41,686 bases of DNA from Cirrosporium novae-zelandiae (GCA_026023565.1 JAPETS010000020.1:558001-599686), one strand, 5' to 3'. Counted from the first letter of the stretch, positions 12,212-24,688 are shown. Program-made: numbers and translations. Notes: a model not told the origin generated them from the sequence alone.

Positions 12212-14279
12212 GTGACCCTATCAAGGATATGTATATCCGCATTCCTTGCCCTATCTAATCTTTGAGACTAATTAACACTTAAGGATATTTGATTTGATTA
12301 TATATGAGCATTCACGACCCCTTGAATTCCAGCTGGCTTTATGCAGGTGTACTTGTATAACGCCCAAGCCATCATGATGTTTTTAATAATGTCTATTAGC
12401 TAGTCTTAAAAAAAGTAATGATATAGTATGGATTGGCGTTCGTTATTATGCTCTTAGGTAAATGTTTGTTTCTGTAGTTGTCTGCCTGCGTAAGGAGAAA
12501 AAAAAAAGATTGGATATTAAATCCCGCAGCTGAAGGAGTAAAAAAGTTGGAAAGTCGTTGATAATTGGTGAAGCTAAAGTTGTACTGTACTGGCTTCCAT
12601 TACTGTAATTGGAAATGCCAATTATTAGACAAGACTATCGAGTAGGATAGAGTTAATTACATGCATGCAGCGAACCCCGACCCCGCACAACTCTATCTAG
12701 ATCTGGAGGGCACGGAGGGTCGTCGTTGTGGACCTGTGGTGTTGTTCTTATTGCGGGGGTGCATAAAGTACGAGTACCTAAGTAAGCTCTCCCTCTCTCT
12801 CTCTCTCAAAAAAAAAACTTACACCCAAAAGCCAAAAGGTGATATCGAACAACCAACCAACCAACCAACCACTTTTAAACGTAAATGTGAACGTAAACAA
12901 CAAAACCGGTTCTCAGTTCCCTTGGCAACAACCCAGTCGCAAGTCGCTTGCTAACGTGCCAACCCTCTTTCCCCCTCCCAGAAGCCACAGGACATTTTTT
13001 TGTATGCCTGAGGTTCCTAGGGTTTTAGGGTTGTGGTTTGTCTGGTGGTGGTGTTCTCTCCCTATCATCAGCAGCTACATTGGAATAAGATCTTAGGGGG
13101 GGAAACTCGATGGCTTGCTTGCAAGAAGAAAATGTTCGAAACGGGGTCATATCGCCAAGGCCAGCTGGGGGAGTAAGAGTAGAGTAATTAACGCCCTTCT
13201 TCTTCTGCTTCTTCTTTTGTTTTGATATTTTATATCTAGTACTGTACGTAATAAACAGGGCGTGGGTGGTAGGTAGGTAGGTAGGTAGGTACCTAGGTAT
13301 GCGTTCTTCGCTCACTGAGGCATCTATGGCCTAATTAGTAATTACTGTGGTAATGAGCTACAATGAAATAGGAAAGTTGAATGTTATGTTATGTTGCGTA
13401 TAAAAGTGCATTAAAAATATATCTAAATATTATGCATTACATCCATCTATTCCATAAACTCATATCCATACCCATATCCATGTATAATCAATCCACCAAG
13501 TAATTACGTATAATTTTTTATGCACTGCAAGTCTACTAAGTAGCTATTATAACCAACCCAGCATAATCTCGGCGTGCCGTGCCTCTCCCATCCCGTTCCA
13601 TTACCTCTTCACACATAAAACGCATAGTCTAGTCTAGAACGCATGCATGAAACAAGATAAATTAAACTTCCACCATCATACCATCGTCTGCCATTATATC
13701 TATCTTTAGAATTTACATTTACATAGGTTGGATATTGTGAATATTGTGGATATGCTAACCTTCCCCCCCCCCCTGGACTTTTTGTTGTTTTTATACTTTA
13801 CGGGGCATTCGGGAGGTTTTTTGTATATATGCATGGATCGTATGTATGCATGGGATCCGATCGTATGATTGCTGTGTAGAGATCCATTTATTTGTAATGT
13901 TGCGGCTTTTGATTCCGGTGGGTTGGGTGCATGGATGTGGATGGATTGTGGAGTGGAAGGGGAAGGGGAAATGTGGAGAGCATTGGAAACGGGGAACTTG
14001 GGGGGTTGGGAAGGGATATTCCCTGTCTCTCCCCCCCCCACCTCACACGTGCTGTGTGTCGTATGTTTTGGTGGATTATGGTGGTTATGATGGTTGAAAG
14101 GTGGGATGGATTTGGGTGGATTTGAATGAATGAATGAATGTGTGGTATGTAAGTTAGGTATCGAGATTTGAGTTATCTTCTGTGTCGTAATTTATTGGTA
14201 TATGGTAGCTTCGTAAAATATCCAACTATCATGTACTGTACGTCCATATCTATGTACTGTATCTAGGCCGCCCCCTGCA

Positions 14280-15311
14280 TCACAACACCTTCTCAATCCC
14301 CTCCATCTCCGCCATAACCTCCCTAATCCGCAGCTTCACCTCCTCCCCCACCGTCCCATACGGCCTCCTCATCCTCAACTTCTCCTCCACATTTTCAATC
14401 CCCGCCCTGGGAGCCGAAAAAACAGCAGCCGCGTATTTCGTCGCCCCAACCCCCGGCTTGATCCCTTGTTCCGCCAACGCAGCCTTCCTGTGCAGCACTA
14501 GCGCCTCCTCCCGCTTTCCCCCAATATACAACTTGTAGATTGTGGAAATTGTTTTTGGGAAGACGTTTCCGAAGGCGCAGATGCAGCCTGCGGAGCCAAC
14601 GGCGAGACCGCCGATTAGAAAATCGGATTGGCCGCCGAAGGTTGCAAAGGCTTTGGGGCTCAGGGCTGTGGTGAGGCGGGTAATTTTCGCCACACTACCG
14701 CATGTGAGCTTCACGCCTACGATTTTGTTGGGGTGAGATAAAGCGAGCGAGGTGATAATATTTGAATCAAGATCGATGCCGTTGCAGACGGCGGGGAAGT
14801 TGTAGATTACGATTGGGAGGGAGCTTTTGGTTGCGATTTCGTCGTAGAAGGTTTTGATGACGGCGGGAGTGGTGGTGGGTTTTCCGTAGTAGGTTGCTGG
14901 AAGAACGAGGGCGTAGTCGGCCCCAGCAGTTGCGGCATCGGTGATGTTTTCTAAGACTTGTTTTGTGGAGTGTCCGCTGCAGCCGACCATGAGAGGGTAA
15001 TTTCGGGGTACAGCGGCGCGCGCGCATGTGATGAGGGCGATGCGCTCGGTGCGAGTGAGGAGGAAGGCTTCCGCATTGCTGCCGAGGATTACGAGACCTG
15101 TGAGGCCACTGCGCGAGAGGTAGGCGAAGTACTTGGTTTGCGAAGGGAGATCGAGGTCGTTGGTTATGGGGTCGAAGAAAGTTACGGCGGGACACTGGAA
15201 GACAGGGAGAAGTTAATTAGGTTTGTTGCTTTTTGATACTTGGAGTGGATAGATGGGATGGTCGTTTACCCACACCCCACTTGCGGGGACGGTGCTCGGA
15301 GGGGCTGCCAT
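14280..15311 (-). CDS. Dihydrodipicolinate-synthase-family class I aldolase (exons 15311-15270, 15194-14280; ~318 aa)
   Basis: MAAPPSTVPASGVW|CPAVTFFD..LVILGSNAEAFLLT..LVLPATYY..IVIYNFP..IVGVKLTCG (Schiff-base Lys)..GGQSDF. The GTAAAC..CTAAT..CAG intron keeps frame. Resembles fungal 2-keto-3-deoxy sugar-acid aldolase paralogues; substrate not assignable. Confidence 0.9.
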
Positions 15312-16024
15312 GCAGGGTGTTGAACTCGGTTTGGTTAAGCTCCGAAAGTTGGATTACAGTGAGAATTGAAACGTAGTTAGATTTGTAGGTCGAATTCTTG
15401 TTGTCGCCAGGAACCTTGGAGTCTCTTGTTGGAATTGGAAAATATCTATCATGGCGCAATTGAAGTGAGAAGCCGACCTGGCAAGATTGTAGTCGGAACG
15501 TCCGATGGAGATCCTGGAAACGAGGGGCAGCCTCGGTGTAGGTCAAGCCGATGTTCGGGAAAATGATGGCTCGCGCCGGCGTAGCAAACCTACAGGTTCT
15601 AGGAAGACGAGGCCAGTATTTCTCGAGTAAATGTAGGTTAAATTTGTTATGGGTTTTATATATGGACTGTATTTCATTTGAGTTGAATCGTAACCTGCAC
15701 ACAGTTCAATGAAAGATAGGTACGGTTTGTATAGTTTGAGTAGGCTTCATCCTTCTCTCAAGACTTGTCCAAAGAGCTTCAATGCAAGAAGGCTCTATAA
15801 TACCAAAGGGTTGACCTGGTCAATGGATCATGGAACCAAGCCTCGAGATGCTCTTTAGTTTCTCTCAAAATTGATCATGGCCATCAAGTGGTTTCCGACT
15901 CTTTTGATCGACAGCGTATCTAGTTTAAGCCGATGAATGTTGAGAGAAATGGGGCTATTGTTTTATGTATAGATGTCTCTGGGATATCACAGTGGGATAA
16001 TGTAATATAGACAGGGATTCAAAT

Positions 16025-17805
16025 CTATTCCAACGGAGGCTTTCGTGCATAAATCGAATGTCTACTCAAATAGCTATTAGTTACTGCAACTTTTGCCGAC
16101 AGCTCTATGGCCAGAAGCCGACAATATGAAAAGAAGGTAATACGTACATTGGACAGAAAGTATGTTGATTTGGGTCATCAACATCTCTTCTTACTCTCAC
16201 TAAAAAGACTTCTAGTTGTTCTCGACTCCATCCCAACTGCTGTGTAAAGAGGCGGAGACTGGCACCTGACAAGCCCATTTTAACATCCTCGTTCACGATA
16301 GCTCCGAGTCGCTTGAGCCTTTCATCTTCTGGCCACGGATTTAGAGGCCATATGCGATCTTCTTTGTGAACATCCACAAAACCTATTTCCTGTAATATAT
16401 CAGAGAATTTTTGTACTATTCCTGCATCAACGCCATGTGCTCTCGATCCGTCAGCCACATACTTTGACCAAAGTAAAAAGGCATTCTCGTTAGGTAAAGC
16501 AGTTCCGTCGTCGCATCGAGCAGGGAATGAAGGTTCTTGACATTCAATCCAACCTCCAGGCTTCAAGTGACTGCGCGTGAGTTAGCATGTATAACAACAA
16601 GACCTGCGTCTAGACTGGATTCCCAATTACTCGAAGCTCTGCTGAAAGAATTTTCGCCAATCCCGCCACCCAACAAGCATGGCACGGCCATGGATATAAT
16701 CAAATTTGTGATCAAATATCCATTCGTCTTCACCGTCGTCTACAATAAAGGAGCAGTTTGGAGGTACCCTGTTACTAAGTCAGTGTGAGCACAAGTCCGT
16801 CACAATAGATTACTTGTACATACAAAGTCGGTTGAATGGCACTTTTTGTAGGCAGTTAGCTGTATATCGGAATCTACAAAAAGAACCAATATAGGGACCT
16901 TAAATCTATTCCAACCACTCTTGCCGATGGGTATTGATCGGCCTGTAGTTTGTAAGCCCCTGATTTGCTGGCCATCTTTTACTGGGTTCTTACAAATTCA
17001 ATTGCCCAAATTCCATTACCAGTGGCCATATCGAGTACATCTTGTACATCCTCTGGTATTGGTGCTAGGTGAAGTTTGCCATTAAATGATAAATTCCATG
17101 CTTGATGTTGAAGGTCTGCAGCTTGGTCAGCAAATCGGTATAGGCTTGCCTACCAGGGGAGCTTAACCTAGTCGTTCACTTTCTTGCTTTGTTAATGAAG
17201 CGAGTTAGTACTGATCTATTAATCTTCTAGGAGGATATTGAGGTTGAAATGAACAATGATACACACGTCGTCGTTTGGAAGTGGATATGCTAGATCACAA
17301 TGAGCCATACACATCTTATCATTACTTTGACGACGAATTATGTAGCGCTTACCCCCATCCTTCAAAGCATGATATCTGCGCCCGTTCTCATAACGATAAT
17401 TTAGCACTCTTGAATTTAGCGACTCGGTCAGACTAAAATAATATTTCCCTCAGCTTCCAAGACGTTATTTCTGGCCAAAGGCTACCGAATCAGCGTACGA
17501 GTTTGCATCATCTTCATAAGCTGAATCTACTTCACCATACTATCCCAACTGTCAGCAATGTACATATTGGTAAATTCAAGAAGCCCTAAGAGGATAGAAT
17601 AACCGCTCACCTCGGATGGTTCAAAGGTCTGGTCATGATATTCAATCGAAGGAGAAGTCGCGTCGGTTCCACTTGTCTCCCAACCACTAGTATCTCCCGA
17701 ACTTTCATCGTTTATACTTGGGCGCGTAGTGAGGGTCGGCGTCGTGTGTTCTTCAGCCTGCCCCTCCTTCAGTACTTCCGACGTAGATCCTATTGCTTCA
17801 GTCAT
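16025..17805 (-). CDS. SAM-dependent methyltransferase of the fungal LaeA-like/TAM family (about 11 exons)
   Basis: Spliced motifs SLNSRVLNYRYENGRRYHA, YPLPNDD|QESERL|DLQH, LHLAPI..VLDMATGNGIWAIEF|ADQYPSARVVGIDL|SAIQP, VPPNCSFIVDDGEDEW..FDYIHGR, LKPGGWIECQE, WPLNPWPED..GWS.EQLEVFL..VR, final exon HSIYARKPPLE*. Confidence 0.9.
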
Positions 17806-19055
17806 TGCGCCCTTGTGAGAATTCTAGAGAGAATGAACAACTCCCTAAACATTGATTAGAGAAATAGATTAGCAATCATTGGGAACTGTTTATACAGGTT
17901 CTGGGCATATTTGAACGCAGATGACTATCCCGTTTAAGAGGGCTTGTATTCCCGAAAGGTAACATGATGCATGTAAGCCAGTTACATGGACTTCTCCGGA
18001 GAAATAGGTTGCATCTCTGCAGGTGAAAATCTGCGATTAATGATTAATTGGGTAACCTGCATGCTCATGGTTACACCTGGAGAAATGAATTTTAGGAATG
18101 TCTCCAGGGGTCATATCGAAGATCGTGGGGTCGCTGTTCGGCTGCCCATCGGGAAGACGGAGCTAGCCGTTCCCAAATGTTAATTCCTACATTAGCACAA
18201 GACCTGCTAACTTATTAACAAACCATTTGTTCATTATTATTTGTTGAAATTTTCTCATTCAACATTTCTCTTTTGATGGACCCTTTCTCCCCCTATCGCC
18301 TAGCTTTGTGTGTCTTATATCCATGTCTCTGATGGTCTTTCCGACCATAGAGGTTTGAGAGGCGCAGTTGGGCATCCATCAACCTGACATGTACCTGATG
18401 TTGAAAACGGCAGCCTAGCTAGCCTGGTACTCGTTGATATGTACTGTGTATATCCTTATCTGGGTGGCTGGCGGTTGGCCTATTTTAAGCAACCCAGATT
18501 GGATCATGACAATGAAGGTAGACGTCTCATATTTCATGGTAGAAGATGCTGATACAATCCCAGACCATTCGGATTTAGTCCTCACACAAATCCCCCCCCC
18601 AAACGTCTTAAAAAAGCAAAGATGGAATTGAATCCAAAAGTTGATTCTGGTGGGAAATAATGAATATTGTGATTTTTGAAACCAGTCAAATACTTTAGAT
18701 GACTATATGTGGGAAAGGCTAAATACCAAGGCCCAATAGCCTATTACCGTACTTAGTCGACTGTTTTGCTTTGTGCCTTAACGTGCCATGGTCCCATAAG
18801 CGATGAACACTTGAATTACTTAAGAGGTCTTGAGCCATGTGATGTCTCTCAACTTCAACTTTCGCAAATTTAAGTTTTGATCCAAAGTTGAAATCTCTTT
18901 TATTTTGCATTTTTGGACCCTTTGGGTCTGTTTTTAACCTTCTCATCGGAAGTTATATGGACTATAGCACTGATGGTTAGTATTCTATTAATTTGACTGG
19001 ATATAGATAATATTAATATTCAAAGTGGGCGTGATAGCAAATCAAGACAGAAAAA

Positions 19056-21749
19056 ATGAATCGCGACTTCAATGCCACAACCCAATGTTTGGACATATGC
19101 ATGGAGCTTTCGCCCATCTCTGGGATTAGTCGATCAAATTTAGGAACCCCCAGGTTTTATCTTTTTAATTTGGAGACCAAGGGACTCGTACAAAGTGTCT
19201 TGACTCATATTTTGCTCGTCTGCGGTGTGTTATTTGCCTTGTCACGAGACACCGCCTTCAACCATTTCATCTACAACAAGATAGCAAGCTATACAAATCC
19301 AATATGCAATGTCCTCGTGGAGCTACTTGCTGATAACAAACAACAAAATGCCGACCAAACCTTGTCTTCTAACGAGCCCTCTTCAAACACGGACTCCGTA
19401 AGCCTGAACCAAGGCGTTTCCGCTCCAGTGATTGTGGGCATCGAGAAAGGAATAGGCCATGATCCGAACGCCTTGAAGGTTGTGGCCTCACGGACAGCTA
19501 TAACCATTTCATTTCCAGGCCAGAGTAAATTTTCAGGCTCTTGGAATAGTCAACTACCAAACCAGTCATTGGTCAATGCGGACCATGTCAAGAACCAGAA
19601 CCCTGAAAAAGGACTACTTGGAATAATGGAAAAGGCTAGTCAGCGAAATGAAGATTATATAAGGGAACAACCTACTCAACCAGGTGTGCTGTCATACGCA
19701 GATAACACAGACGGAGATGACAAAACCATTCACAATACCGGCAAACTTGATGATATGCTCTGGCTTACAGCTGCTAAAGGAGACTTGGATTTATTTCGTC
19801 GACTTCTGGACAATGGAGCCAACGAAGAGGCGTGCGGCCCCGAAGGAAAACGACCACTTCATATGGCAGCACGTAATGGCCATCAAGGAATCGTCAAACT
19901 TTTACTAGGTTTAGGCGCTCCAGTTAGCGTTCCCGACGAGAATGGCATGACACCATTACATTTCGCTGCAGAAGGAGGCCATTCCTCTATCGTGCTTCTT
20001 CTTCTTCAATATCGAGCAAAGACCAATACAGGGAGGTTTCGGGACAGAATGACAGAGTTACATCTCGCAGCTGAACATGGGCATAGCTCCGTAATTAAAG
20101 TTTTATTATCACATGGGGCTGGGGTTGAATATAGAGATAGGCGCTATATGACACCCCTTGACCGAGCTGCGAGAAATGGACATCTCCAAGCTGTCAAATT
20201 GCTGCTAAAAGAGTGTGCCAAGGGCGATTATTATGCTCTACAATGGTCGACAGCCTTGGACTTTGCAACCATCTTGGATACCGAAGAACGTGAATTGATT
20301 GTCTATCTACTTCTTGAACGGCTTCCGGAATGCAAATATTTTATGGATAGTGTTGAGGATGCACTCAAAGATGCTCTTGAAATTATGTGTCGTCGTGGCA
20401 AGGATTCAATTGTTCGTGTCCTCCTGAAACACGGCGCCAAAGCCGATGCCAGCTCTGCCCTGAAGGCCGTCTCTGGAGACGAGGATGTTAGAATTATACA
20501 TTTATTAGCCAACTCGGTGGCAGTTGCAAACAATCCACCTACGCTTGAATTTGCCCCACGCTGGGGAACAAACGACATTGCCTGCATATTATTGGCAGCC
20601 GGTGTAAATCTCGATACCTGCACCGTCCTAAAGGCGGCTTTGGAAGGTGGCAGTATGAATATTGTACGTTTACTTCTCGAAAACGATGCAGCCGCGGGTT
20701 ATCATCATTCTGCTCTCGAATACGCCTCCTGCCATGGAAATCAAAACCAGATACGCATGCTTCTGGATGCGGGCACGGATGCAGACTCTTGTGATGCTTT
20801 GACCGCAGCCGCAGCAGGTGGTGATATTGAAATTGTCTACTCGCTCCTTGACTCCGGAGCTGTGGTCTACCATCACCTTGGAGCAGTTAGAGTAGCTGCA
20901 GCTTGTGGTCATATGGATATCCTCCAGGTCATGCTTGATCGCGCGAAGACAAAGAAAGGGAACAAATGCATTTTAGCTGCGCTCTGTGCATCGGCCAAGG
21001 CCGGAAAGGCTGATATAGTTCGATTCTTGCTTGATTCTTACCCCGATTTTTATTATGGTAATTCCTCATGCCTTGATGCCATTGCTCAAGATGCCGTACT
21101 CTCAGGAAACGTAGAAACAGTAGAGCTGCTCCTTGAAAGGGGTGCTCGGGTCGATGTCAATGCTTCAGTCGATTATTATGGAATTTATTTAATGAAGTTT
21201 GCAGCCCTTGGGAATTATTCCATGGCTAAATTTCTACTTTGTCACGGAAGTAAGACAAGATGTCCGCTTCCTGCAGATAAGAAGGCTTTCTATCTTTCTG
21301 GAAAGGAATGTAATGCCCTTATATGTGCATGCATAGGAGGAAATTCTGATATAGTTAAACTCCTTCTTGAAAGGGACGACGGCTTGCTCGATGGATATAG
21401 CTCATGGGGAACCGCCCTGGATACGGCTGCCGCTCACTGCCGTGAAAACCTAGCAGTTCAGAAGGCTTTGTTCGACCACAATACTCGCATTTCCAAACTA
21501 GGCCAAACTTCAAGATATGATACTCTGCTACAGTCGGAGGAATATGACCGCCTCACGTTTTATGGGAAGACTTCTACCAAAGCCGAGATTTCGAAAAGCA
21601 TTTTCTTAGAGAACTTCGGCCAGCGTCGACGTGGAGTAGGGAAATGGACCCTAGCTCCTCCTCCACCTTCCCGCCTTATGGGAGTATACTCGAAGCGGCA
21701 CTCCAAAAAGCGGGAGAATGAAGACCTTGGCTATATGATCTCTTTCTAA
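19056..21749 (+). CDS. Ankyrin-repeat protein (897-aa ORF; true start uncertain)
   Basis: Canonical repeats GKRPLHMAARNGHQGIVKLLLGLGA, GMTPLHFAAEGGHSSIVLLLL, MTELHLAAEHGH, MTPLDRAARNGH, followed by many shorter degenerate repeats (ALxxAAxxGxxxIVxxLLxxGA). Confidence 0.88.
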   Translation: MNRDFNATTQCLDICMELSPISGISRSNLGTPRFYLFNLETKGLVQSVLTHILLVCGVLFALSRDTAFNHFIYNKIASYTNPICNVLVELLADNKQQNADQTLSSNEPSSNTDSVSLNQGVSAPVIVGIEKGIGHDPNALKVVASRTAITISFPGQSKFSGSWNSQLPNQSLVNADHVKNQNPEKGLLGIMEKASQRNEDYIREQPTQPGVLSYADNTDGDDKTIHNTGKLDDMLWLTAAKGDLDLFRRLLDNGANEEACGPEGKRPLHMAARNGHQGIVKLLLGLGAPVSVPDENGMTPLHFAAEGGHSSIVLLLLQYRAKTNTGRFRDRMTELHLAAEHGHSSVIKVLLSHGAGVEYRDRRYMTPLDRAARNGHLQAVKLLLKECAKGDYYALQWSTALDFATILDTEERELIVYLLLERLPECKYFMDSVEDALKDALEIMCRRGKDSIVRVLLKHGAKADASSALKAVSGDEDVRIIHLLANSVAVANNPPTLEFAPRWGTNDIACILLAAGVNLDTCTVLKAALEGGSMNIVRLLLENDAAAGYHHSALEYASCHGNQNQIRMLLDAGTDADSCDALTAAAAGGDIEIVYSLLDSGAVVYHHLGAVRVAAACGHMDILQVMLDRAKTKKGNKCILAALCASAKAGKADIVRFLLDSYPDFYYGNSSCLDAIAQDAVLSGNVETVELLLERGARVDVNASVDYYGIYLMKFAALGNYSMAKFLLCHGSKTRCPLPADKKAFYLSGKECNALICACIGGNSDIVKLLLERDDGLLDGYSSWGTALDTAAAHCRENLAVQKALFDHNTRISKLGQTSRYDTLLQSEEYDRLTFYGKTSTKAEISKSIFLENFGQRRRGVGKWTLAPPPPSRLMGVYSKRHSKKRENEDLGYMISF

Positions 21750-22247
21750 AAGGGCTTATGCTTTGTCGATTTAAATTTTGTTGTATTCTTTATGCATATT
21801 GACTGTTTAGCTTTATCTTCGCATTTATCAGGATGATGGTTATGTGACCATGAATGAAAGGAGTATGTCAATTTATGAAGCATATACTAGCGTTTGTCAG
21901 ATAGAGCAAATGGCCCTAGAGATTTATAACCTGAAATATACTTACCGTCAATACCTTGGCAGTCCATATGTAACAACCACGAACACTGATAAAAAACTGC
22001 GCAATCATGTATAACCAAATATACAAGTATACCTAATCCTAGAACTATAATAACAGTCAATGAACACTTCCAACGATATATACAGAGACAAATGTATCAA
22101 CAAATCCCGGCAGGTACCAAACCCAAACCCAAACCCTCGACATCTCCGACCCCTCGGAACGACCATCTCCCGGCCCCCGATTCCTTTTTTTTTTCATTTC
22201 CATTTATATTTCCCCGCACCGGTCATTCCGTCAACCAATTACAAGCT

Positions 22248-22325
22248 TCCCAGCTGGTGTAGCGGTAACATACGTCGCTCTCAAGAAGTGCCGACGTGCC
22301 CAGGGTTCGACTCCCTGGCTGGGAA
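22248..22325 (+). tRNA. tRNA-Glu(CTC) with a 7-nt intron (22284-22290)
   Basis: Acceptor stem TCCCAGC/GCTGGGA; D arm GTGT-AGCGGTA-ACAT; anticodon stem CGTCG/CGACG with loop CT-CTC-A[agaagtg]C; T arm CAGGG-TTCGACT-CCCTG. Confidence 0.93.
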
Positions 22326-22330
22326 TTATC

Positions 22331-22335
22331 TTTTT
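22331..22335 (+). terminator. RNA polymerase III oligo-T terminator of tRNA-Glu
   Basis: T5 run 6 nt after the tRNA 3' end; a longer T run follows at ~22357-22368. Confidence 0.7.
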
Positions 22336-23251
22336 GCAGGTAGCCTAGCTCATTGATTTTTTTTTTTTGGAGTTTCTTTGAGGAGGGAATGTGTGAAATT
22401 AAGGAGGGTTTATTTTATTTTGTTTAGGAGAGGTAGAGATGGTTGGAGGGAAAGTTGGGGGGGGGGGAAGAGAAAGATGAATGTGTTAATTATGCAATTC
22501 ATGTTCGTTCCTATTCAAGACATGCGAAACTACTGTACGATTTTGCAGCATTCAATTAATGGCGGGGCTTCCGGTCCCTGGTTCACTCTTGAAAAACCTC
22601 TACACAATGAAAAAAACAATTAGTTTGTCGGCATCACTGGAGAAGGAAACCCGACCATCCCTCTGGAATATTCGTGTGATTGGCCTATCATCTCCCCACT
22701 CAAAAAAGGAAAGAAAAAAAAAGAAAATGCATGACGTATTCCGAAACCCAATTGAATGATTGCATTCAATTGAAACCGCAAAAAGAGAATTGATCGGACT
22801 GAGGCTCGATCTCAGGACCTTCTGTGTGTTAGACAGATGTGATAACCAACTACACCATCCGACCATTGCAAGCCAGATTCTGTGGGACCTTGCTTGTTGA
22901 GAAGTAGTGATTTTGAGTGGATTATACTGGAGGTGGAGATAATTAATTTATTTCGTTTTTCTGGTTTTGGTAAGGAGGCAAAGTATAAATCAGTTTTGGG
23001 GGATGATCCACCTACGTGAGAAGCGATGAGGTTGTGTAGCATTAACCACAACAAAACGAGAGAGATTACCTTGTCAAACAGCAATTCTCGGTGGCATAAC
23101 GAAAATTGGTACGAATGCCAGCCAGAATTTAGTAGTACTTGAAGAAATTTAAATAAAAAATATAGCTCCTATACGTCAACCATATCTACTTATATATCTC
23201 CCAATTGAAGGGGAAAAAAGGTAAACCATGAACAACCACCAAAAAAACAGT

Positions 23252-23300
23252 CGACAACGACAGGATTTGAACCTATGCGGGCGAACCCATGTACCTGCTA
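23252..23300 (-). pseudogene. Orphan 3' half of a tRNA-Ser (probably Ser-GCT)
   Basis: Minus strand reads tagcag-GTACA-TGGGTTCGCCCGC (long variable arm)-ATAGG-TTCAAAT-CCTGT-CGTTGTC-G, then T7 at 23241-23247. No D arm or 5' acceptor strand upstream. Confidence 0.75.
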
Positions 23301-24688
23301 TCGCGCAAGCTATTTAGGTGGATAGAGTCTTTGAGATTCTGGAGACTATAAATCGATAATAGAATATAGAATATCCGTTGAGAAAGATGGGAAACACGTT
23401 CAAATCACCATCTCTACTAGCTCATTAAGGTCTACCTTCTGAGGACGTCTAGGATGAGAAGGCTAGGAATAATATCCACAGCCTCAGGAGGAGTGTGTCA
23501 ATTCCAGTTTTACCGTTGAAGGTGAAAGACAAGGGTATGGAGCACGCCAGGGTATTTCGAGATCTAAAGAGACATTTTGGATTTAATATCTTGACTCGCT
23601 TAACCTCATAGACTACAAGAATGATTATAGATCTTGCATTTGCCATGCTATTCCCCAAGGCCCCATCCAAATAAGAACTCCTTGCCTCATAAGCATATTC
23701 TGGAGATGCGCTGACACATTGAGATTGATATGGTGAGAGGCATCAAAAGCTAGATTGTTGTTATACTTCCGGAAGAATCAAATATTTTTTATCCGCGAAC
23801 ATGAGAATTGATAAAACTAACGACTAATCAGGTTAAATGACAACAAGACATCATTCCACAATCTCCGAACTTGACCAACACACCAATATGCACAAGCAAT
23901 TCAATCCTTTTGATAGAATAAGACTGATATCTGTCCTTAAACCGAAAAGGTTGACGCAACCAGTCCAATGCCAAGAGATATGCCAAGGCCCTCGAGACAT
24001 TTCAATCTGTCTTGCTTTCCAAAATCTCCACTTGACAACTATTGCTTTGTCCACAGTTGAGGAACTCACGAATTCACAACTACAGGTGAAGTGAACAGAG
24101 CTCTCAGAATATAATGCTAATCATTCCCTGGAATACGTAGTTGAGAACCCCCAATGGTTCGTCGATCATGGCAGGATATCCATCTAATCAAGATTATCAG
24201 TATGCAGGCAGCATTATAGCCCAGAAACTCGACCCGACGGGAACAATTGATCCATTTTCCATACTATCAAACGGTCGGATCAATAAATATTTGACCCCTG
24301 TCTAGCTGAGCATTCTCCTCTAACGCATACTACTACTTCTCGGGCAAGTGTGGAACCTTACACGTGGATGATACATTGAGGTGATTTCAAATGGATCCAA
24401 CCATATCTACCACACTTGGCAAATATACTGTTGGGTGGTGCAAGTGTGAAGCTCAATCTGAGGCTACTCCTAAGCATGAATATGTTGATAGCATGAAAAT
24501 CAAAGGGGAACCACTTCTCCGAAAGCGGCAAGGAGCCGCCTGATGATGCCCGATCTAACCGACCTAACCGGAGAAAGACTGTATATAATCATATATATAC
24601 TTGCGATGGAATTCATTCAAGTATTTTGTGTTTATTCTTCTCTTCCCTTCGAGGCTCCCTCGAATCTTAACCCTACAGCATACCAACA

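Noticed and set aside
13017..13033. TTAGGG-like telomeric hexamers
   Set aside because: Only two imperfect copies.
15217..15702. 161-aa minus-strand ORF upstream of the aldolase
   Set aside because: Non-ATG start; it overlaps the aldolase promoter, first exon (different frame) and intron, and has no motif.
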